DNA of 64,000 nt from an uncultured bacterium. Its GTDB lineage: Bacteria; CAYUVA01. The notes below the pieces were generated by a model. That model was not told where the DNA came from and made no database searches. It saw only the letters and a program-made list of their open reading frames with translations. The DNA lies in the NCBI GenBank assembly GCA_964448115.1, contig CAYUVA010000011.1:1-64000 (forward strand). Direction: 5' to 3'. Within the stretch, counting starts at the first letter, position 1; every line of letters starts with the position of its first letter. Both the position numbers and the translations under genes were made by a program. Shown here one piece after another: positions 8,688 through 21,046 of this stretch.

Positions 8688-11128
8688 GGTTTCCTTCTCG
8701 CCTGTATGATACATAGCGAATCAACTTCACGATTTATGGCAGCTTCCTTTACCATACCAGCAAATCTCAACTCCATGCTTTGAACCTTATGTTGAACTAA
8801 AACTTTTGTAGTCTTAATTGAATCATCCTCAAGCGTAACCGTCAATACAAGGGGTAGGGTAAAGGGCTTCTCCTGCAACTGGGTAATATGAAGCCGTATC
8901 CTGTCGCCTGCGATGGTAGTGTTTACATCGAAGATTGGAAGTTCGGATCGTTCCCACCATTGCTCGAAGAACCAGTGCATGTCATCGCTGCCGGTCATCT
9001 CTCTAAGCGTATTATCACCAATGACGCGCTCTGCGAACTGCTCGAAATCCCACAGGTTCATTGTATTGCCTTCCTTCGCGGCTTGCCTTCCCAGTATATT
9101 GAATCCCTTGATGCACTTGAAGAATAACTCATCGCCAAGCATAGTTTGCAGGGTGCGGAGAATCAGTATCCCCTTACATCGTACATACTCGATCCAGTGG
9201 TCTCGATCTTTTACTCTAAGTGGATGACTATTCAATGGAAGAGGATCCTTTAATTCACTTATATAATCGAGCGAGTTCTTCAACCTATCCGCATAAGCAT
9301 CTTGACTAAACTTCCTGGAATATTGCAGTCCATAGTAACTACGAATCATCTCTGCAAACATGGCATCCTCGACATTATGCCAGGGGAACCACTTGCCCCA
9401 CCATTGCCCGGCAAAGCGTTCAAAAGCAATCTGAAATCCCGATGAAACCGATTCCTTCTCCGAAAGCAGGTGCAAAATAGGATTCGACATGCATAGACTC
9501 CCACCAGGTTCGTTGAAGCTATAATTATCGATGGTATATCCCAGGAAAAGAGAATCATAAGGGAAAAGCCCGAAGTATTCCTCCTGAGCTAAAAGCAGCT
9601 CTTCAATACCGTGAAGTTCTGCCTTGAAACCTTTTTGCAGGGCTTCAAGGCTGAAGGAGATATTGCCATCGAGCAAGTGAAAGGAATCATGATAACCATA
9701 AGGTGCTCCCAGGAACCAATCAACAATCGCTACCTCAAACTGTTTTAGCTTATCCTGGTGTTCTGCACTCATATCAACAAATTCAGTAGGCTTGAGCGCG
9801 TAAAAAGGCAATCTCGGTGCATTGCTCAGGATATATTGCTTCTTGGTCGTGGGATAAAGATATATACTGGAGGGTTGGCTAGCGCGGGGAGTCCTGATGC
9901 GATAGATCATCTCATCATTTTGTTGGCTTGCTTCAATAATATTCGCTATCGGTATCATAGTAAGCGACTTTGGCGCTTTTATTACTATCTCTTGAGCATA
10001 TCGCCCATAGACTGATGTTTTTGGAAAAATGTGCCTGGGGATCTGGCAGTATCCATCGCTGAATGCTTCGAGCTTAAAGTCATCATATATGAATTGCAGG
10101 TAATCAGGTGCCGGATTATCTCCATCGAAGAAAATGATCCTGTAGAAGGCCGTATCCCCATAGGTAAGCTGATTATCCTTGTCATCGAGAACCAAAGGCT
10201 CACCATAGAAATTCATCTCCGTATAACCCTTATTATCAGTATCGCTGCTATGCTCAAGCATCAAGACATGGGATATCTTAGCTTTGTTAGATTGTTTAAT
10301 ATGTATCTCTGATGAAATCTGCTTTATATTCAATAAGTTAACCTGCTGTCGAGCACGCTCCCAAGAGGTCATTGACCGATAATCCTTTTCCTTATCAAAC
10401 ATGCTTATAATGCCCAGATCTGGCCATACTTTTCTTTGATCAAGGTTCGGCTTGCAGAGCATTATTTCCTGCGGGATACCATAGCTTTCGTTCCCATAAG
10501 AATACAGCAGTATCTCACCATTCGATTTCTCCTTGGGGAAGAAAACCTTGAATTCATTGTTCTTTTGCGGGATTCTAACCAGGCGTTTATCGCTTCCAGG
10601 AAATCTTATGGTCTCAGGATAGATGCCCAGTACCTTATCTGTAATGTTATTTACATCAATAACATCTTTATCCACCCTGGTTTTCTTCAGTTTCACGCCC
10701 ATGCTCAACCTACCGTAATCGCGCGGATTGCAAAGGATCGCAATCCATGCAGGCTTGAATTCAGGGGTTCGTGACCCAAGGTGTAACTCGGTTGATTTTG
10801 ACTCATATCCTGAGTGTGCGAAAAACTTAACCGCTAGATCCCCGATGAGAATAAGAAGCGGAACATCACTATTTTCAATGCTCAAAGTGATCCATTTGCC
10901 CTCAGTAATATTGATTAAAAGTGAATCCCATTTAAGGCTCGTCTCCTTGCACTGGTAGGACCGAATCTCAAGATTGGCAATATCAAACAGTCCAGGGATA
11001 TCGGAATAATCCGGTTGAGATAAGGTCTCGGCTGCCGATATCGAAAAAAAGACCATTAGAACCAGCCATAAACTAATCAACAAGGACAATCTCCATCTTT
11101 TGGCAAATCCAATACCCAAGATCATCAT
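8684..11128 (-). CDS. Secreted M1 (aminopeptidase N)-fold protein lacking the HExxH zinc motif
   Basis: 814 aa with signal peptide; M1-like C-terminal half (YFGLFPY, QWWG, YVRCKGILILRTLQTMLGDELFFK, WFFEQWW..ELP); HExxH position reads ERFAG. Confidence 0.75.
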   Translation of the reverse strand: MMILGIGFAKRWRLSLLISLWLVLMVFFSISAAETLSQPDYSDIPGLFDIANLEIRSYQCKETSLKWDSLLINITEGKWITLSIENSDVPLLILIGDLAVKFFAHSGYESKSTELHLGSRTPEFKPAWIAILCNPRDYGRLSMGVKLKKTRVDKDVIDVNNITDKVLGIYPETIRFPGSDKRLVRIPQKNNEFKVFFPKEKSNGEILLYSYGNESYGIPQEIMLCKPNLDQRKVWPDLGIISMFDKEKDYRSMTSWERARQQVNLLNIKQISSEIHIKQSNKAKISHVLMLEHSSDTDNKGYTEMNFYGEPLVLDDKDNQLTYGDTAFYRIIFFDGDNPAPDYLQFIYDDFKLEAFSDGYCQIPRHIFPKTSVYGRYAQEIVIKAPKSLTMIPIANIIEASQQNDEMIYRIRTPRASQPSSIYLYPTTKKQYILSNAPRLPFYALKPTEFVDMSAEHQDKLKQFEVAIVDWFLGAPYGYHDSFHLLDGNISFSLEALQKGFKAELHGIEELLLAQEEYFGLFPYDSLFLGYTIDNYSFNEPGGSLCMSNPILHLLSEKESVSSGFQIAFERFAGQWWGKWFPWHNVEDAMFAEMIRSYYGLQYSRKFSQDAYADRLKNSLDYISELKDPLPLNSHPLRVKDRDHWIEYVRCKGILILRTLQTMLGDELFFKCIKGFNILGRQAAKEGNTMNLWDFEQFAERVIGDNTLREMTGSDDMHWFFEQWWERSELPIFDVNTTIAGDRIRLHITQLQEKPFTLPLVLTVTLEDDSIKTTKVLVQHKVQSMELRFAGMVKEAAINREVDSLCIIQARRKP

Positions 11129-11309
11129 GACTATAAACCCTCCTTTTTATATTGAGTTCTATCCATTTCGCTGAACCTGGAAGTTATCATTATTGCTCAA
11201 TGTTGTAAACACAAAAGAAGGGAGGGTTGTTTAATGAAATATTGAATGTCCATCGCTTTGGATGCCCAGAGATTTCTGGTTATAAAAGATAAGGTTATAT
11301 AACAAGGTT

Positions 11310-11337
11310 ATGTCCGATAATATATATTATGTTAATA
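11310..11337. other. dif-like XerC/XerD recombination site
   Basis: ATGTCCGATAA-TATATA-TTATGTTAATA: 11-6-11 layout with ATAA/TTAT inner core; right arm matches the XerD arm TTATGTTAAAT at 9 of 11. Confidence 0.75.
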
Positions 11338-11592
11338 AATTTGGTGGGATTAAAAAGTTGGGTTGAGATTCGCTAGTTTGTGGCTTGCTCTCCCCTATTC
11401 TCGCTCAAGGAAAGGATCACCCAATCGCTTACCCTTTTGTCTCGGATAGGAGACGGTTGCGACTCGAATTTTGTTATCTTTCTGCCTTTGCGATTTTATA
11501 ATCATGGCATTTCGCACTCTTTATTCTTTGAGTCTTTGCGCCTTTGCGTGAACGTCTTTGCTTGAAGATCTGCGGCGTGTGGCGCAGATATT

Positions 11593-11606
11593 TGGAGGCG
11601 GCACCC
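11593..11606 (-). mobile_element. Orphan tRNA-Cys-like 3' tail (possible att-site scar)
   Basis: Minus strand reads GGGTGCCGCCTCCA, an acceptor-stem 3' strand plus CCA, followed by hairpin ATCTGCG..CGCAGAT (11568-11589). No 5' tRNA half is present. Confidence 0.5.
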
Positions 11607-11664
11607 CCCGAAGGCCGAGTTATAAGCAATGTTAAATAATATTAACCTATCCAAAACTTCAATT

Positions 11665-11883
11665 ATATCAATGAGTTATCCCCTCTGCGTGCCATTTTGG
11701 CACGATTATTTGGGGGTAAATTTGAAGGCATGAGGATCCTCGGAAGAAATTTTCAAGAAAAATATTCTTTAATATCAATGAGTTAATCTAAATAGACCAA
11801 TTAGAACCCCTCAATTTGGGCTTTTAAACTTGAGTCCGTTGATGTAGATTTGGAGAAAAACCACCTAATAAATCAAATAATTA
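11665..11883 (+). promoter_or_regulatory. Cluster of IHF-consensus sites, including a 14-bp direct repeat
   Basis: ATATCAATGAGTTA at 11665-11678 and 11772-11785, and AATCAAATAATTA at 11871-11883; all fit WATCAANNNNTTR. Confidence 0.55.
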
Positions 11884-11890
11884 AGTCAGA

Positions 11891-11906
11891 TGTTCCATGT
11901 GGAACA
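11891..11906. other. parS centromere-like site
   Basis: TGTTCCATGTGGAACA, a near-perfect 16-bp palindrome resembling parS TGTTTCACGTGAAACA. Confidence 0.8.
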
Positions 11907-12150
11907 TTAATCTTATTTTTGACAAAGCCCCTATTTGAGCGATCTAGTTTTTAAAAAAGGCAATGGCACTTGGATCCTCAAATTATACCCCCATGAATAT
12001 TAGCTTTAGGTGGTGGTTTATATGCACTATTCTGATATTTATTACGCAAAAACGCCCTACAAATATAATTTTGTATGCATAATTTGATTATTTGAACCAA
12101 GCTCAGTTATTTGTTGCTCTCGATATTTACCGGTGATTTTTAGGCTAATG

Positions 12151-13092
12151 CTAAAGATCGAACAGGTTGGTGCTAAGATACCTCTCGCCGTTGTCAGGGA
12201 GAATAACAACGATCAGCTTGCCCTCGTTTTCAGGTCTTTTTGCCACCTGTAAGGCAGCCCAGGCGGCGGCTCCGCTGGAGATTCCAACAAACAGCCCCTC
12301 CAAGCTGGTCAGTTTCCTGGCTGTATCCATTGCATCTCGGTCGGTTACTTGGATGATCTCGTCGATAAGATCCACCCTAAGAATATCGGGCACGAATCCT
12401 GCGCCGATCCCTTGTATCTTATGAGGTCCCTTTTTCCCTCCTGACAAGATTGGCGAGGATGCTGGCTCTACAGCAATTGCCTTGAATGATGGCTTGCGCT
12501 GTTTGATCACCCCTGCCACACCTGTGATTGTACCTCCAGTGCCAATGCCTGATACCAGGATATGGACCTTGCCATCTGTATCACGCCAGATCTCCTCAGC
12601 GGTCGTCTTTCTGTGAACCTCGACATTGGCGGGGTTCTTGAACTGCTGGGGCATGTAGTAGGTATCGCTTTGTTCGAGCAGTTCCTCAGCCTTGGCGACT
12701 GCTCCAGCCATGCCTTTATCGCCTGGAGTCAAGACCAGTTCCGCTCCGAACGCCTGAAGCAACTGCCTTCTCTCCATGGACATAGTGTCAGGCATGGTAA
12801 GAATGAGTTTATAGCCCTTAACCGCAGCCACGAAAGCCAATCCGATGCCCGTGTTTCCGGATGTTGGCTCTACTATGGTCATTCCAGGCTTGAGCAAGCC
12901 CTTTTTCTCCGCGTGCTCGATCATGGATAGAGCGATCCTGTCCTTGATGCTAGACAGTGGATTGAAGGATTCAAGCTTGGCTGCCACCGAAGCGACACAA
13001 CCTTGGGTTATCCTGTTGAGCCAGACCATTGGCGTATTGCCGATGGTTTTAGTGATGTCATCATGTATTTTGGGGAGATCGTGTTTCATCAT
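12151..13092 (-). CDS. cysK: Cysteine synthase A
   Basis: [14 protein letters not shown] (PLP lysine), [33 protein letters not shown]. Confidence 0.97.
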   Translation of the reverse strand: MMKHDLPKIHDDITKTIGNTPMVWLNRITQGCVASVAAKLESFNPLSSIKDRIALSMIEHAEKKGLLKPGMTIVEPTSGNTGIGLAFVAAVKGYKLILTMPDTMSMERRQLLQAFGAELVLTPGDKGMAGAVAKAEELLEQSDTYYMPQQFKNPANVEVHRKTTAEEIWRDTDGKVHILVSGIGTGGTITGVAGVIKQRKPSFKAIAVEPASSPILSGGKKGPHKIQGIGAGFVPDILRVDLIDEIIQVTDRDAMDTARKLTSLEGLFVGISSGAAAWAALQVAKRPENEGKLIVVILPDNGERYLSTNLFDL

Positions 13093-13226
13093 TATACTCC
13101 ATTTGCATGTTCAAGTATTAAAAACAACTCCACCATGCATTTATTCCCCGTCAGCGCTCTTGAAAAGCTCATTTGCATCTATCAAGTCCATTGATCCAAC
13201 ACGATGACCAAGCTTCAATTCGGCTC

Positions 13227-13254
13227 TTGACAGCGAGCAAAAAAGTCATATAAT
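13227..13254 (+). promoter_or_regulatory. Sigma70-type promoter for tRNA-Gly (possibly also dnaN)
   Basis: Perfect TTGACA (13227-13232), 16 nt spacer, TATAAT (13249-13254), 14 nt upstream of the tRNA. Confidence 0.85.
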
Positions 13255-13268
13255 TATCATCGTAGGCT

Positions 13269-13341
13269 GCGGGAATAGCTCAGTTGGTAGAGCAATACCT
13301 TGCCAAGGTATGGGTCGCGGGTTCGAGTCCCGTTTCCCGCT
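13269..13341 (+). tRNA. tRNA-Gly(GCC), CCA not encoded
   Basis: GCGGGAATAGCTCAGTTGGTAGAGCAATACCTTGCCAAGGTATGGGTCGCGGGTTCGAGTCCCGTTTCCCGCT; cloverleaf with GCC anticodon and TTCGA loop. Confidence 0.97.
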
Positions 13342-13525
13342 TTTAAGGTATTAGGAACGGCTGCTAAATAAGCGAAATTAAATGGTAATTGCCCTATCAT
13401 TGGAGCTTTTTTCTTGTCTTTCAAGGTGCTATTGATATTCTTGTCAATGTTCGTATATTCTGTTACCATCAGGATACTCTAATGAGTTAGGAATAACTAA
13501 TCTTTTAGACAAAAGAGGTGCTGAT

Positions 13526-14728
13526 ATGGAGTTTAAGATCGATCGAGACATTTTGTTGGATGGGATAACGAGCGTCCATCATGTCATCGAGAAGATATCC
13601 TCTCGCCCCATCCTGTCCAATATTTATATCGAAGCCAAGGATGGCAAACTGGAGCTAATGAGCACGGATATCAATATCGCAGCCCGAAACTTCGTTCCTG
13701 CTGAGATAATCGTGCCCGGCGCCATCACTACTAATGCACGCAAGTTGATGGAGATCCTTGAAAACATGCCCCAATCCGAGGTTCACTGCACGGTAGATGA
13801 AAACTTGTGGGTCAATCTTACCTGTAGAAAAACCGAGTTCCATATCGCTGGCATGGATGCGGCTGAATTCCCTGATTTCCCTGAGTTCCCCATCAGCGAT
13901 GATGAAATGATGGTGCTGCCCCGGGAGGCTTTGCTTGACCTGATCGACAGAACCAGTTTTGCCATCTCGGTTGATCCCCTAAGACCGATTCTCTGCTCTA
14001 CTAAGATAAATGCATCGAACAATCGAATAACGGCAGTAGTAACCGATGGATATCGATTAGCACACTGCACTCACTTGATCGACGATAATCTTGATTTCTC
14101 GGTTCTCATTCCATCCAAGGTAACCAAGATGCTCCAAAAGGTGCTTCCCAATGCAGAGGAGGAACTACTTTTTTACCAAGAGGCGGATCATATCTATTTC
14201 AAGTGCGAGGAATTCAGCGCCTTCTCCAGACAGTTCACCGGACAATATCCCAACTATGAATCGGTCTTTCCCAAAGATTATGCAATCATAGTACAATTTG
14301 AGAAAGAAGAGGTGCAGAAGGTTATGAAGAGGATGTCGCTCATCGCTTCCGAGAGCACCTTTGGCGTACTTGTGGAATCACGGGACAACATGATGTATTT
14401 CTATACTGAGAACCCGGTACTCGGAGATGCAAGGGATGAAATAGCGATCCAAAAGCAGGGACCTGATTTTATATTGGCATACAATCCCAAGTTATTCAAC
14501 GATATCCTGGCAGCGGTTAAGGGCGATAGAATTTATATGAAACTAGACTCCCCCCCCAAGGCTGCTATCTTCACCAGCGATGAGGATGAAAACTTCTTCG
14601 GTCTGCTGATGCCTTTAAGGGAAGTAAATCCAGAGGTCGAAAGCGTTGTAGATCGATTCGAGTCCGAACAAAGCCAAGATGATAATAACCAGGTTCAAGA
14701 CCCATCAGAAGAAGGTGAAGAATCTTAG
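13526..14728 (+). CDS. dnaN: DNA polymerase III beta clamp
   Basis: PILSNIYIEA, TDGYRLA, YPNYESVFP, LLMPLR, followed by an acidic tail. Confidence 0.95.
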   Translation: MEFKIDRDILLDGITSVHHVIEKISSRPILSNIYIEAKDGKLELMSTDINIAARNFVPAEIIVPGAITTNARKLMEILENMPQSEVHCTVDENLWVNLTCRKTEFHIAGMDAAEFPDFPEFPISDDEMMVLPREALLDLIDRTSFAISVDPLRPILCSTKINASNNRITAVVTDGYRLAHCTHLIDDNLDFSVLIPSKVTKMLQKVLPNAEEELLFYQEADHIYFKCEEFSAFSRQFTGQYPNYESVFPKDYAIIVQFEKEEVQKVMKRMSLIASESTFGVLVESRDNMMYFYTENPVLGDARDEIAIQKQGPDFILAYNPKLFNDILAAVKGDRIYMKLDSPPKAAIFTSDEDENFFGLLMPLREVNPEVESVVDRFESEQSQDDNNQVQDPSEEGEES

Positions 14729-14789
14729 TTTATAGCTAGCGCCCTCTTAACTGCTGCTAATATAACCTTACAACCATAAACATAAATAC

Positions 14790-18375
<3,586 letters not shown>

Positions 18376-18454
18376 GCTATATCATCATAGGATTTGTTGC
18401 CGTAATTGCTTATCCTTGTTAACTTGAGCAGGGTATGAGTAACCATACACAATA

Positions 18455-19450
18455 ATGAGCAAAGGGAATATCATGTTTGAAACCAAGATAACTGAGATGC
18501 TCGGCATCGAGTACCCCATCATTCTCGGCGGTATGATGTGGCTTGGCAGAGCCGGGCTGGCTGCCGCTGTATCTGAGGCTGGCGGATTTGGCATCATCAC
18601 CGCGCTATCTACCCCCAGGCTGAGTGAGCTGAAAGACGAGATGCGCAGGGTGAAAGACCTTACCGATAAGCCCTTCGGGGTGAATGTCTCCATGCTGCCA
18701 GTGCTTACACCCGGTGATATGACCGATAAGATAATTGATGTTATCTGCGATGAGGGGTGTGCTGCCATAGAGACCGCAGGACGCAGTCCGCAACCTTATG
18801 TAAAAAAGATACATAGCGCTGGCATAAAGCTCATACACAAGGTCCCTGCAATAAGGTATGCACAGAAAGCCGAATCTGTCGGCGTTGATGCAGTAACCAT
18901 AGTCGGCTTCGAGTGCGGTGGGCATCCTGGAATGGACGATGTTACCAGCCTCATCCTCATACCATTGGCGGCGGATAAGTTGAAGATCCCGGTGATTGCT
19001 GCTGGCGGCTTCGGAGATGGTCGCGGGCTGGTAACAGCACTTGCATTGGGTGCTGATGCGGTTCTGATGGGCACCAGGTTCGTTGCGACTAAAGAGTGCA
19101 TAGCCCATCCCGGTTTCAAGCAATGGCTGCTTCGGATGAGGGAGACCGATACGATGATAATAGAGCGCTCCATCAGGAATGCCTGCCGGGTGGCGAGAAA
19201 CAAGGCGGCTGAGGAGGTGCTCGAAATGGAGAATAAAGGCGCCACCCTGGAGGAATTGCTCACAGTTATGGGGGGAACACTGGGAAGGAAGGCTTATATC
19301 GATGGCGAGCTTGATGCCGGGGTGGTCTCCATCGGGCAGATAGTCGGCATGATCGATGATATTCCAACTGTAAAAGAGCTTTTCGAGCGCATCATCTCCC
19401 AGGCTAAAGAAACCATTCATCGACTTGATATAATACTGGGCGACAACTGA
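18455..19450 (+). CDS. Nitronate monooxygenase / FabK-like flavin oxidoreductase
   Basis: LGIEYPIILGGM, FECGGHPG, IAAGGFGDGRG, LMGTRF. Confidence 0.88.
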   Translation: MSKGNIMFETKITEMLGIEYPIILGGMMWLGRAGLAAAVSEAGGFGIITALSTPRLSELKDEMRRVKDLTDKPFGVNVSMLPVLTPGDMTDKIIDVICDEGCAAIETAGRSPQPYVKKIHSAGIKLIHKVPAIRYAQKAESVGVDAVTIVGFECGGHPGMDDVTSLILIPLAADKLKIPVIAAGGFGDGRGLVTALALGADAVLMGTRFVATKECIAHPGFKQWLLRMRETDTMIIERSIRNACRVARNKAAEEVLEMENKGATLEELLTVMGGTLGRKAYIDGELDAGVVSIGQIVGMIDDIPTVKELFERIISQAKETIHRLDIILGDN

Positions 19451-19471
19451 TAGGATCAGGGGGGATATAGA

Positions 19472-20899
19472 ATGGAAGAATACAAGCTGCTGATAGACGG
19501 AAAAGAGGTTGACTGTAATACGGTCAAGGTCATTAACAGCCCTTATGATGGCAAGGGTATTGCTGCAGTTCACTTTGGTGGCTCAGAGAAGTTGGCATTA
19601 TCGGTAAAATCGGCACAACAAGCATTCGATGTCACCCGAAGGTTACCGGTATATAAAAGAGTTGAAATACTGACCAGGGCAGCGGATCTGCTTGAGCAAA
19701 AACAGGGCGAGCTGGCTGATATAATCTGCGCTGAGGCTGGTAAGCCGATAACTTATGCCAAGGGCGAGGCAGCCAGGGCAGTGGATACCTTCCGGGCGAC
19801 TGCGGATATACTAAAATCAGGAGCCGGCGAGCTGGTGCCCATTGACTCGGTTGCAGCCGGCGAGGGTCGCTATGGATTGGTGCGTCGCTTTCCAATAGGA
19901 CCCATAGCTGCCATTTCGCCGTTCAACTTCCCGTTGAACCTGGTCTGCCATAAAGTGGCGCCTGCAATCGCTGCCGGCAATACGATCGTGCTCAAGCCGG
20001 CATCGCAAACCCCGATCAGCGCCCTTAAACTGGGACAGATCATCCATGAGGCAGGCTATCCAGCAGGCGGGATCAATGTCATCCCCTGTCCCGGCTCGGT
20101 TGCCGAGGATTTGACCGTAGATCCCCTGGTCAGGGCTATCACCTTCACAGGCAGTGCAGAGATCGGCTGGAGATTGAAGCAAAAGGCATATAAAAAGAAG
20201 GTTACCCTGGAGCTTGGCGGAAACGCAGCGGTTCTGGTCGATAAGGATATCGATCCCGGCAAGATTGCAAAGCGGCTGGTCATCGGCTCTTTTGCTTATT
20301 CGGGTCAAATCTGCATCTCCATACAGCGTATATATATCGAAAAGCCCTTGTATCAACGATTCGTGGAAGTTTTTCTTGATGCAGTGAGAGAATATGGCAT
20401 ATCTGGCGATCCTAGAGAAGAGAATGTAGTCGCCGGACCCATGATCAGCTCCGACGATGCGGATCGCGTGCAAAGTTGGGTTCAAGAGGCGCTGGATAAC
20501 GGTGCAAGGCTGCTTTGCGGTAACCAGCGGGATAACCAGGTCATCTCGCCAGTGGTCCTGGATAATGTCGATCCCAAGGACAAGGTATCCTGGCAGGAGG
20601 TCTTTGGTCCCGTGGTGGTGCTGGATAGCTTCGAGACCTGGGATGAGGGGATCGCCAAGGTCAACGACTCGATATTCGGCTTGCAGGCTGGTGTCTATAC
20701 GAATGATATTGCTCGCTTAATGCAAGCCTTTGAGAGGATCGAGGTCGGTGGTGTGATCCACAACGATTATCCGACCTTTCGGGTCGATCTGATGCCCTAT
20801 GGCGGAGTCAAGGAATCCGGCTTCGGCAGGGAGGGACCCCGCTATGCCTACCAGGAGATGACCGAGCAGAGGCTGCTGGTGCTAAAGCCAAATCAATAA
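19472..20899 (+). CDS. NAD(P)-dependent aldehyde dehydrogenase
   Basis: SPFNFPLN, FTGS, LELGGNA, GQICIS (catalytic Cys), EVFGPV, PYGGVKESG. Confidence 0.93.
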   Translation: MEEYKLLIDGKEVDCNTVKVINSPYDGKGIAAVHFGGSEKLALSVKSAQQAFDVTRRLPVYKRVEILTRAADLLEQKQGELADIICAEAGKPITYAKGEAARAVDTFRATADILKSGAGELVPIDSVAAGEGRYGLVRRFPIGPIAAISPFNFPLNLVCHKVAPAIAAGNTIVLKPASQTPISALKLGQIIHEAGYPAGGINVIPCPGSVAEDLTVDPLVRAITFTGSAEIGWRLKQKAYKKKVTLELGGNAAVLVDKDIDPGKIAKRLVIGSFAYSGQICISIQRIYIEKPLYQRFVEVFLDAVREYGISGDPREENVVAGPMISSDDADRVQSWVQEALDNGARLLCGNQRDNQVISPVVLDNVDPKDKVSWQEVFGPVVVLDSFETWDEGIAKVNDSIFGLQAGVYTNDIARLMQAFERIEVGGVIHNDYPTFRVDLMPYGGVKESGFGREGPRYAYQEMTEQRLLVLKPNQ

Positions 20900-21046
20900 A
20901 TCTTTTATTTTCACTTGACAATAGCTATTAACATTTTTATATAATATAAAAGTGGGAATAGAGGAATTATCTAAAATAAAATGGGCATCATCAAGCCTTA
21001 AAATAACTTGACTATGTTACGATACTAACATAAACTTATAAGGACA

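Noticed and set aside
11698-11713. TGGCACG as a possible sigma54 promoter
   Set aside because: No GC at the -12 position on either strand.
13257-13469. 70-aa minus-strand ORF
   Set aside because: Antisense to tRNA-Gly.
18605-19573. 322-aa minus-strand ORF
   Set aside because: Antisense shadow of the flavin oxidoreductase gene; no recognisable motifs.
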